Positions 1 through 6,548 of a stretch of DNA of 10,764 bases are shown here, piece by piece. The stretch spans positions 1 to 10,764 of the forward strand of contig JAYZQJ010000197.1 in assembly GCA_036149055.1 (NCBI GenBank), read 5' to 3'. The notes under the pieces are model-generated. The model did no database searches. It was given only the letters and a program-made list of their open reading frames with translations, and was not told the DNA's origin. This DNA is from Myxococcota bacterium. GTDB lineage: Bacteria; Myxococcota_A; Polyangia; Polyangiales; Sandaracinaceae. How positions within the stretch are numbered: position 1 is the first letter of the stretch; the number at the start of each line of letters is the position of its first letter. A program made the translations under genes and the position numbers.

Positions 1-198
1 CTGACCTGCCCCTTCTTCCTCCCTTCCGACCTTCCTCCCTTCCGGCGAGTTGGAGAGACCGACGCGCCGAGACGGAGCGGCGGGGGCGGCCGAGCGGGGA
101 GCGGTCGTCGAGCCCGGGCGAGCCGCCAGGCCGCGCCTGACCTGCCCCTGCTTCCTCCCTTCCGACCTTCCTCCCTTCCTGCGAGTTGGAGAGACCGA
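1..198. repeat. Two ~62 bp direct repeats (1-62 and 137-198, period 136 bp) with a polypyrimidine CTTCCTCCCTTCCGACCTTCCTCCCTTCC core
   Basis: ctgacctgcccct(t/g)cttcctcccttccgaccttcctcccttcc(g/t)gcgagttggagagaccga occurs at 1 and 137 with 2 mismatches. The first copy abuts the window edge, so the array may extend further left. Confidence 0.92.
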
Positions 199-205
199 GA
201 CGTCC

Positions 206-231
206 TCGGGATCGGGATCGGGATCGAGATC
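206..231. repeat. Hexamer microsatellite (TCGGGA)3-TCGAGA-TC
   Basis: tcggga tcggga tcggga tcgaga tc read directly, upstream of lysC. Confidence 0.85.
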
Positions 232-258
232 AAGGAATGACGCGGCGCGTCGAAAGGG

Positions 259-267
259 TGCTAGCAT
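259..267 (+). promoter_or_regulatory. Possible extended -10 element (TGcTAGCAT) for lysC
   Basis: TG-n-TAGCAT ends 9 nt before the GTG at 277. There is no Shine-Dalgarno sequence and no good -35 element. Confidence 0.3.
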
Positions 268-276
268 CGCGGCGCG

Positions 277-1497
277 GTGGGCCTGATCGTCCAGAAATAC
301 GGGGGCACGAGCGTGGGCTCCCCGGATCGGATCCGGGCGGTCGCGGAGCGGGTCGCGCGGACGCGGGGCGAGGGGCACGACGTGGTCGTGGTGGTGAGCG
401 CGATGGCGGGGGAGACCAACCGGCTCCTCGCGCTCGGGCGGGAGCTCGCGGCGGCGCCGGACGCGCGGGAGATGGACGCGCTGGTGGCGACCGGAGAGCA
501 GGTGAGCTCGGCGCTGCTGTCGATCACGCTGAACGCGGCAGGGACTCCGGCGCGCTCCCTCCTCGGGCATCAGGTCCGGATGCGGACCGACGGCGCGTTC
601 ACGAAGGCGCGCATCCAGACGATCGACGACGCGAGCCTGCGCGAGGTGCTCGACCGGGGGAGGGTGGCGGTCGTCGCCGGCTTCCAGGGGGTCGACGCGG
701 CGGGCAACATCACGACGCTCGGCCGGGGAGGCTCGGACACCAGCGCGGTCGCGCTCGCCGCCGCCCTCGAGGCGGACGTGTGCGAGATCTACACCGACGT
801 CGACGGGGTCTACACCGCCGACCCGCGGATCTGCCCCGACGCGCGGAAGGTGGATCGCATCAGCTACGAGGAGATGCTGGAGCTCGCCTCGCTCGGGGCG
901 AAGGTCCTGCAGATCCGCTCGGTGGAGGTCGCGATGAAGTTCGGCGTGCCCATCCACGTGCGCTCCAGCTTCTCCGACGCGGAGGGGACCGTGGTGACCA
1001 GAGAAGACGACGCCCTGGAGTCGGTCGTGGTGGCCGGCGTGACCAAGAACGATGACGAGGCCCGCGTGATCGTGCGCGGCGTGATCGACCAGCCCGGCCT
1101 CGCCGCCTCGATCTTCGAGGCGCTGGCCGCCGACAACATCTCGGTCGACATGATCATCCAGAACGTCTCCGAGGACGGCCGCACCGACGTCACGTTCACC
1201 GTGGCCGACGGCGAGGCCGAGCAGGCCCGGGAGATCGTCGAGGGCGCCCTCGCGTCGTCGCAGCGCGGCGCGATCCTCCTCGACCGAGACGTCTGCAAGG
1301 TCTCCATCGTCGGCCTCGGCATGCGCTCCCACGCCGGCGTGGCCGCCAAGATGTTCCGCCTCCTCGCCGAGGCCGGCGTGAACATCCAGGCGATCAGCAC
1401 CTCCGAGATCAAGGTCTCCTGCCTCATCGACGCCGGCCAAGGCGTCGACGCCGTGCGCGCCCTCCACACTGGATTCTCGCTCGGCCACCCTCAGTAG
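277..1497 (+). CDS. lysC: Aspartate kinase (monofunctional, two C-terminal ACT domains)
   Basis: 406 aa from a GTG start. Motifs: VQKYGGTSVG, VVVVSAM, ATGE, AGFQG, TTLGRGGSDTSAVALAAAL, YTDVDGVYTADPR, YEEMLELASLGAKVLQIRSVE. ACT motifs: DQPGLAA..F..LA..NISVDMIIQN and KVSIVGLGMRSHAGVAAKMF..TSEIKVSC. Confidence 0.97.
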   Translation: MGLIVQKYGGTSVGSPDRIRAVAERVARTRGEGHDVVVVVSAMAGETNRLLALGRELAAAPDAREMDALVATGEQVSSALLSITLNAAGTPARSLLGHQVRMRTDGAFTKARIQTIDDASLREVLDRGRVAVVAGFQGVDAAGNITTLGRGGSDTSAVALAAALEADVCEIYTDVDGVYTADPRICPDARKVDRISYEEMLELASLGAKVLQIRSVEVAMKFGVPIHVRSSFSDAEGTVVTREDDALESVVVAGVTKNDDEARVIVRGVIDQPGLAASIFEALAADNISVDMIIQNVSEDGRTDVTFTVADGEAEQAREIVEGALASSQRGAILLDRDVCKVSIVGLGMRSHAGVAAKMFRLLAEAGVNIQAISTSEIKVSCLIDAGQGVDAVRALHTGFSLGHPQ

Positions 1498-1547
1498 GCG
1501 CTTCGGGCACAAGCGGCTCTCGCGCCGCTCACCGCCTCGCGCAGCCA

Positions 1548-2660
1548 GACCACGTCGTCGGCGCGAAATCCGGGAGAGGGGAGGTGGGAGGCGAAGAGGA
1601 ATCAGGTGGCTGGCCGGCCGACCGCAGCCCCGGCGTCCCGTCTCCCCCCCAAACCTGCCCGACGAGAGATCGGTTCAGCACAGATGGCTCTCGCAAGCCG
1701 CGAAGCCGCAAAGGAGGTTTGCTGGCCGCGGGATGGCCGCTGGCCACCGGTCGGCCGCCCGGCGTGTGCGGCCCGACCACGTCGTCGGCGCGAAAGCAGG
1801 GAGAGGGGAGGTGGGAGGCGAAGAGGAATCGGGTGGCTGGCCGGCCGACCGCAGCCCCGGCGTCCCGTCTCAGCCCCCCCCAAACCTGCCCGACGAGAGA
1901 TCGATTCAGCACAGATGGCTCTCGCAAAGCCGCGAAGCCGCAAAGGGTTGGCTGGCCGCGGGATGGCCGCTGGCCACCGGTCGGCCGCCCGGCGTGTGCG
2001 GCCAGACCACGTCGTCGGCGCGAAAGCAGGGAGAGGGGAGGTGGGAGGCGAAGAGGAATCAGGTGGCTGGCCGGCCGACCGCAGCCCGGCGCCCCGGCGG
2101 CCAGCCCCCATCCCGCTGCCCACCCGCCCCGTGTCGCGCAGCGACACTTCCTCCCGTCTCCTTCCTCCCCATCTCCCCTCCCCAAAACTCGCTCCGTCCT
2201 TCCCGATCTCCTTCCTCGCTTCCGTCCTTCCTCGTTTCCCGCGAGTCGGGGCGACGAGAGATCGACTCAGCACAGATGGCTCTCGCAAAGCCGCGAAGCC
2301 GCAAAGGAGGTTTGCTGGTCGCGGGATGGCCGCTGGCCACCGGTCGGCCGCCTGGCGTGTGCGGCCCGACCACGTCTTCGGCGCGAAAGCAGGGAGAGGG
2401 GAGGTGGGAGGCGAAGAGGAATCGGGTGGCTGGCCGGCCGGCCGCAGCCCGGTCTCCGGCGGCCAACCGCCATCCCGCTGCCCACCCGCCCCGTGTCGCG
2501 CAGCGACACTTCCTCCCGTCTCCCACCTCCCCATCTCCCCCAAAACTCGCTCCGTTCGTCCCGATCTCTCCTTCCTCCCTTCCGTCCTTCCTCGTTTCCC
2601 GCGAGTCGGGGCGACCGAGCCGGGCCACCGACGGACGAAACCTGCCCGACGAGAGATCGA
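1548..2660. repeat. Non-coding mosaic tandem repeat array (modules A-L-B-A-L-B-A-C-B-A-C-partial L/B)
   Basis: Module A (83 bp, GACCACGTCGTCGGCGCGAAA...CCGCAGCCC) at 1548, 1775, 2005 and 2368. Module B (~114 bp, GACGAGAGATCG...GTGTGCGGCC) at 1661, 1892 and 2253, truncated at 2648. Pyrimidine-rich module C (~165 bp) at ~2088-2252 and ~2451-2615. Short linker L (ending AAACCTGCCC) at 1631 and 1858, partial at 2638. Copies differ by only a few substitutions and indels. Confidence 0.95.
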
Positions 2661-2671
2661 TGGGGCGGGGC

Positions 2672-3133
2672 ATGTCGGAGACGAAGAGAGTGTCCTCCCC
2701 GCTCGCGGCGTGCGGCGCGGTGCTGGTGGTGCTGGCGATCGTGGGGCTGGCCCGCGGCTGGGACGCGGAGCAGGAGGCGGCGGCCCGGGCCGAGGCGCCG
2801 CGGTGGACGCCCCCGGATGGCGGGCCGCCGCCGGACGCGGGGCTGAGCACCGAGCAGATCGCGCGGCTGCTCGCCGAGCAGCCGATGGACGTGAACCGGG
2901 CGAGCGCGGCCGAGCTGGAGCTGCTCCCGCGGATCGGCCCGACCCTGGCTCGGCGGGTGATCGAGGAGCGGGACCGGGGAGGGCCGTTCGAGAGCGTCGA
3001 GGCGCTGACCCGCGTGCGCGGGATCGGACCGCGGACGGTCGAGCAGCTCGCGCACCTCGCGGTCGCGGGGCCCGTCGGACCCGCCTCGACCGAGGCCGTC
3101 ACCGAATCGTCGTCACCGGAAAGAGCTCAATGA
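2672..3133 (+). CDS. comEA: ComEA-family helix-hairpin-helix DNA-binding protein with N-terminal membrane anchor
   Basis: C-terminal part of ORF 1733..3133, from ATG 2672 (alternative ATG 2660). Hydrophobic segment LAACGAVLVVLAIVGLA, then a Pro-rich linker, then MDVNRASAAELELLPRIGPTLARRVIEERDRGGPFESVEALTRVRGIGPRTVEQL, the classic ComEA tandem HhH. Confidence 0.88.
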   Translation: MSETKRVSSPLAACGAVLVVLAIVGLARGWDAEQEAAARAEAPRWTPPDGGPPPDAGLSTEQIARLLAEQPMDVNRASAAELELLPRIGPTLARRVIEERDRGGPFESVEALTRVRGIGPRTVEQLAHLAVAGPVGPASTEAVTESSSPERAQ

Positions 3134-3258
3134 TCTCGGGGGCTCGGGCCCTCCACGCGGCGACCGCCCACGGTCGGGTCGCCTTGCGTGCCCATCGCCC
3201 GGCGCGCTATTCGAAGCGCTGCCGCGCCAGGAAGGGCGGCCTCAGGAGGGAGCTTCAC

Positions 3259-4467
3259 ATGCGACTGGGCACGATTCTTCTCTTGGCCGCGGCGATGACC
3301 GCGGTCGGCTGTAACGACCGCAACGACCCCGACGACTCGGGCACGCCGCTGCCCGACGGCGCGACCGTCGAGAACACCGTCGATCTCTGCAGCAACGGCA
3401 CCGACGACGACGGCGACGGCGACGCGGACTGCAACGACACCGGCTGCTGCAGCGTCGTCACCTGCGACCCCTCCACGGCCTGCGGCCGCATGCCCGACGG
3501 CGGCGGCGACTGCACCCCGAGCGGCGCCGAGGACTCGGTGGCCGCCTGCACCGACGGCGTCGACAACGACTGCAACGGCTTCTTCGACTGCCGCGACTTC
3601 GCCTGCAGCGCCTTCTGCGGCGCCGAGAACAGCAACGGCACCTGCAACGACGGCGAAGACAACGACATGGACGGCTTCGTCGACTGCGACGACCGTGACT
3701 GCGAAGAGCGCATCGTGTGCGCGGGCGAGGCGACCAACGCCAACTGCTCGGACGGCATGGACAACGACGAAGACGGCATGACCGACTGCATGGACGAGGA
3801 CTGCCAGGCGGAGGCGATCGTCGTCTGCGACGGCACCACGCCCACCGGCGTCACCGAGGACATGTGGGCCGCGATGGTCATGACCCGCTGCACCAACGGC
3901 ACCGACGACAACGGCAACACCCGCTTCGACTGCGGCGAGTTCAGCTGCCTCTGGAACTACGAGGGCTGCGAGGCCCCGCCGGCCGAGCGCTTCAACGCCG
4001 CCTGCGCGGACGGCGTCGACAACGACATGGACGGCTTCACCGACTGCGAGGATCCGGCCTGCCAGGCCGAGGGCATCGCGGTCTGCGACGGCACCACCCC
4101 GGTCGCGGTCGACCCGGGCGACTACGGCACCGCGTCCGACGCCGAGTGCAGCAACAGCGTGAACGAGGACGGCAACGGCTTCACCGACTGCATGGACTTC
4201 GGCTGCTCGCAGAACCCCGACGTCACCGTCTGCCCGGGCGAGAACTCGAACGAGCTCTGCAGCGACGGCATGGACAACGACGACAACGGCTTCACCGACT
4301 GCATGGACTTCGGCTGCTCGCAGAACGCCGCCGTGACCGTGTGCATGACCGAGCGCAGCTACGCGGCCTGCAGCGACGGCATGGACAACGACGGCAACGG
4401 CTTCACCGACTGCGACGACTTCAGCTGCGCGCCGATGAGCGGCTCCCGCTCGCCCGCCTGCTTCTGA
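3259..4467 (+). CDS. Lipoprotein with 9 Cys/Asp-rich CxDGxDNDxDGxxDCxDxxC repeats (myxobacterial putative metal/Ca-binding repeat protein)
   Basis: AGGAGGGAG SD at 3244-3252 and ATG at 3259. Signal peptide MRLGTILLLAAAMTAVG-C with lipobox. 402 aa with strong GC3 codon bias. Nine repeats counted, resembling the MopE-related 'putative metal-binding motif'. Confidence 0.88.
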   Translation: MRLGTILLLAAAMTAVGCNDRNDPDDSGTPLPDGATVENTVDLCSNGTDDDGDGDADCNDTGCCSVVTCDPSTACGRMPDGGGDCTPSGAEDSVAACTDGVDNDCNGFFDCRDFACSAFCGAENSNGTCNDGEDNDMDGFVDCDDRDCEERIVCAGEATNANCSDGMDNDEDGMTDCMDEDCQAEAIVVCDGTTPTGVTEDMWAAMVMTRCTNGTDDNGNTRFDCGEFSCLWNYEGCEAPPAERFNAACADGVDNDMDGFTDCEDPACQAEGIAVCDGTTPVAVDPGDYGTASDAECSNSVNEDGNGFTDCMDFGCSQNPDVTVCPGENSNELCSDGMDNDDNGFTDCMDFGCSQNAAVTVCMTERSYAACSDGMDNDGNGFTDCDDFSCAPMSGSRSPACF

Positions 4468-4487
4468 ACCGCCGATCCGCTCCGCTG

Positions 4488-4521
4488 GAACGCCGCGCTC
4501 TCGTCCGAGGGCGCGGCGTTC
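4488..4521. terminator. Stem-loop between convergent genes, probable bidirectional terminator
   Basis: GAACGCCGCGCTCTC-gtcc-GAGGGCGCGGCGTTC forms a 15 bp stem (one G-U pair) with a 4 nt loop, between the stops at 4467 (+) and 4534 (-). No U-tract. Confidence 0.65.
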
Positions 4522-4533
4522 GCGCGTCTGGCC

Positions 4534-5061
4534 TCAATAGTCGAAGAGGAACGAGAGGCGGGCCTGGAAGGTCAGGTAGATCGGGTCGAGCTCGAGGTTG
4601 GTGAAGAGGATGTAGGGGCGGATGTCGAGGCCGATCGTGACCTCGCGGCTCAGCAGGTAGTCGACCGAGGCGCGCAGGTGGGCGGCGAAGTCCGCGCCCC
4701 AGAGCGAGCCGTCGTAGCTGGTGAGCACGTCGACCCCGACGCCGAAGAAGGGGACGACCTCGAGGATGTCGATGTAGTAGAGGGCCTCGGCGCCGAAGAG
4801 GCCGACGTGGAAGGTCTCGCCGCCGTTCAGGGGAGGGTGGACCGCCCAGCCGCCGTAGACGCCCACCCCCCAGGTGTCGTCGAAGCCGAGCGCGGCGCTC
4901 AGGCCGGCGGTCGGGCCGTGGTTCGGGAACATCTCGAGCGCGGGCGCGAGGCCCCACCCCGCGGTGACCCCGACCGCGATCTGGCGATCGTAGGCGGAGG
5001 CCTCGGAGGGAGCCGCCGTCAGCGCGGCGAGCAGGGCGATCGGGAGGAGAAGACGGCGCAC
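4534..5061 (-). CDS. Small outer-membrane beta-barrel protein (OmpA/OmpW-like, ~8 strands)
   Basis: Likely GTG start at 5061 (ORF is open to 5094). Sec signal MRRLLLPIALLAALTAAPSEASA. Alternating Gly/aromatic amphipathic strands (VVPFFGVGVD, LRASVDYLLS, IGLDIRPY). C-terminal beta-signal QARLSFLFDY ends in an aromatic residue. Confidence 0.8.
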   Translation of the reverse strand: MRRLLLPIALLAALTAAPSEASAYDRQIAVGVTAGWGLAPALEMFPNHGPTAGLSAALGFDDTWGVGVYGGWAVHPPLNGGETFHVGLFGAEALYYIDILEVVPFFGVGVDVLTSYDGSLWGADFAAHLRASVDYLLSREVTIGLDIRPYILFTNLELDPIYLTFQARLSFLFDY

Positions 5062-5117
5062 GCCGCCGGTATGCCACGGCTCGGGGGCGGGCACGAAGTT
5101 CCGCAGGGCGCCGGGCG

Positions 5118-5145
5118 TTGACGGAGCGAGCCGCGCGGGTATAGT
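5118..5145 (+). promoter_or_regulatory. Sigma70-type promoter for the yfgM-bamB-like operon
   Basis: TTGACG (5118-5123), 16 nt spacer, TATAGT (5140-5145). Near-consensus and conspicuous in GC-rich DNA. SD AGGAG at 5189-5193 precedes GTG 5202. Confidence 0.7.
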
Positions 5146-5201
5146 GCGGCGCCCTCGCGCCCGGGCGCTTTCCGGGCGGAATTCACGCAGGAGACTCGCC
5201 C

Positions 5202-6548
5202 GTGGCGAAGGACGACCGAGACGAGGAAGAGACCGAGACCGAAGAGCGCGACGACTCCGAGGAGGAGACGGAGAGCTCGGAGGAGGATTCCGTCGACGAG
5301 ACGGAGGGCTCGGAAGACGACGCCTCGGACGAGGACGACGACGAGTACGAGGACGACGACGGCGAAGACGAGGAGGAGGACGACTCCGCCCCGGACGACG
5401 CCGCGGACTCGGAAGACGACGTCGAGGACGAGGACTCCGACGCGGACGAGGACGACTCCGACTCCGACGACGAGGCCGCGGCTGCGAGCAAGCGCAAGAC
5501 CGGTCGGCGTCGCGGCAAGAAGGGCAAGGGCAAGCGGCAGAGCGCCGGGGCCCGGCTCGCGGCCGCGCGCGCGGCGAAGGCGGCCCGCAAGGCGGCCAAG
5601 CGCGGCAAGGAGAAGCAGCAGGAGGAGCAGGCTCCCCTGGACGCGGTGAAGGAGAGCGACCTCGGTCAGCGCGCGGCGCAGGCCGGCGAGTGGGCGCAGC
5701 AGAACCGCACCATCGTCTACGCGATCGCGGCCGCGGTCATCCTCGGGCTCGGCGGCTACATCGGCTGGCACTACTACTCGAAGGGCCAGGCGGAGGCGGC
5801 CGGCGGGCTGCTCGCGGAGGCGCTCGAGATCAGCGGCGCCGAGATCCGTGGTGAGGACGCGCCCCCGCCCGACGAGGACGACGACACGCCGAGCTTCGAG
5901 TCGACCCAGGCGCGAGCCGAGGCCGCGCTCGAGGCGTTCGAGCGGGTCACCTCGCAGCACCCGAACAGCCAGGCGGCCGCGTGGGCCTACCTCGGCGCGG
6001 GCGACGCGCTGCTCGAGCTCGAGCGCTACGCGGACGCCCGGGAGCGCTTCGAGCGCGCGATCGCGGTGGCCGGCACCGACGACACCGTCCTCTGGCGCGC
6101 CCTCGAGGGCAAGGGCTTCACCTTCGAGGCCGAGGAGCAGTGGGGCGAGGCGATCGAGGTCTACGAGGAGCTGTCGCGCATCGACGACGGCGGCTTCGAG
6201 CCGGTCGCCAAGTACCACCTCGGCCGCATGTACCTCGCCCAGGGCGAGCGCGACCGCGCGACCGAGACCTTCAACACCCTCGTCGAGAGCCTCCGCGAGG
6301 CGAACGACGACGAGGAGCAGCAGGACTTCGCCTTCGTGCTCGCGCAGGCGGAGGTCCGGCTCCGTGAGCTCGATCCCTCGTCGGCGCCCTCGCGGCCGGT
6401 GCTCCCGGCGCCGGGCGCGGGCGGTCTCCCGGGCGGGGGCGGCGCGCCGGGCGGGCCCGGCGACCTCTCGCAGGAGCAGATCCAGGAGCTCATCCGCCGC
6501 TTCCAGCAGCAGCAGCAGCAGGGCGGCGGCGCGCCGGCGCCGGAATGA
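5202..6548 (+). CDS. YfgM-like membrane-anchored tetratricopeptide-repeat protein with a long acidic/basic N-terminal extension
   Basis: 448 aa. Single TM helix (TIVYAIAAAVILGLGGYIGWHYYS) followed by TPR helices (AAWAYLGAGDALLELERYADARERFERA; AKYHLGRMYLAQGERDRATETF). Lies directly upstream of, and overlaps by ATGA, a BamB-like gene, as in the known yfgM-bamB arrangement. Confidence 0.82.
   Translation: MAKDDRDEEETETEERDDSEEETESSEEDSVDETEGSEDDASDEDDDEYEDDDGEDEEEDDSAPDDAADSEDDVEDEDSDADEDDSDSDDEAAAASKRKTGRRRGKKGKGKRQSAGARLAAARAAKAARKAAKRGKEKQQEEQAPLDAVKESDLGQRAAQAGEWAQQNRTIVYAIAAAVILGLGGYIGWHYYSKGQAEAAGGLLAEALEISGAEIRGEDAPPPDEDDDTPSFESTQARAEAALEAFERVTSQHPNSQAAAWAYLGAGDALLELERYADARERFERAIAVAGTDDTVLWRALEGKGFTFEAEEQWGEAIEVYEELSRIDDGGFEPVAKYHLGRMYLAQGERDRATETFNTLVESLREANDDEEQQDFAFVLAQAEVRLRELDPSSAPSRPVLPAPGAGGLPGGGGAPGGPGDLSQEQIQELIRRFQQQQQQGGGAPAPE

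Noticed and set aside
1..276. Lysine riboswitch upstream of lysC
   Set aside because: The region consists of direct repeats and a microsatellite. No recognisable L-box architecture or terminator is present, and the candidate -10 lies right next to the start codon.
1512..1529. Intrinsic terminator after lysC
   Set aside because: Only a 6 bp stem with no U-tract, too weak to call.
1572..1591. G-quadruplex in the module A purine tract
   Set aside because: Only three runs of 3 or more G plus GG runs, so at best a weak two-tier structure. Pairing with module C explains the tract better.
1548..2660. CRISPR array
   Set aside because: Units are 83-165 bp and the intervening sequences are themselves repeated. 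There are no unique spacers and no cas genes.
1548..2660. IS element or MITE
   Set aside because: No transposase, terminal inverted repeats or target-site duplication could be identified.
1529..2846. Long ORFs in several frames across the repeat array (1584..2846, 5' part of 1733..3133, 1602..2543, 1529..2185)
   Set aside because: R/P/G/A-rich translations with no codon bias. Indels between repeat copies shift the frames freely. The lack of stops is explained by high GC and repetition of a stop-free unit.
3184..3213. Promoter TTGCGT-18-TATTCG for the repeat lipoprotein
   Set aside because: Poor -10 match and long spacer; not distinguishable from chance.
1606..4467. 953 aa ORF as a single protein
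   Set aside because: The first ~550 codons are translated non-coding repeats and an off-frame reading of comEA. The real gene starts at ATG 3259, with an SD and a lipoprotein signal.
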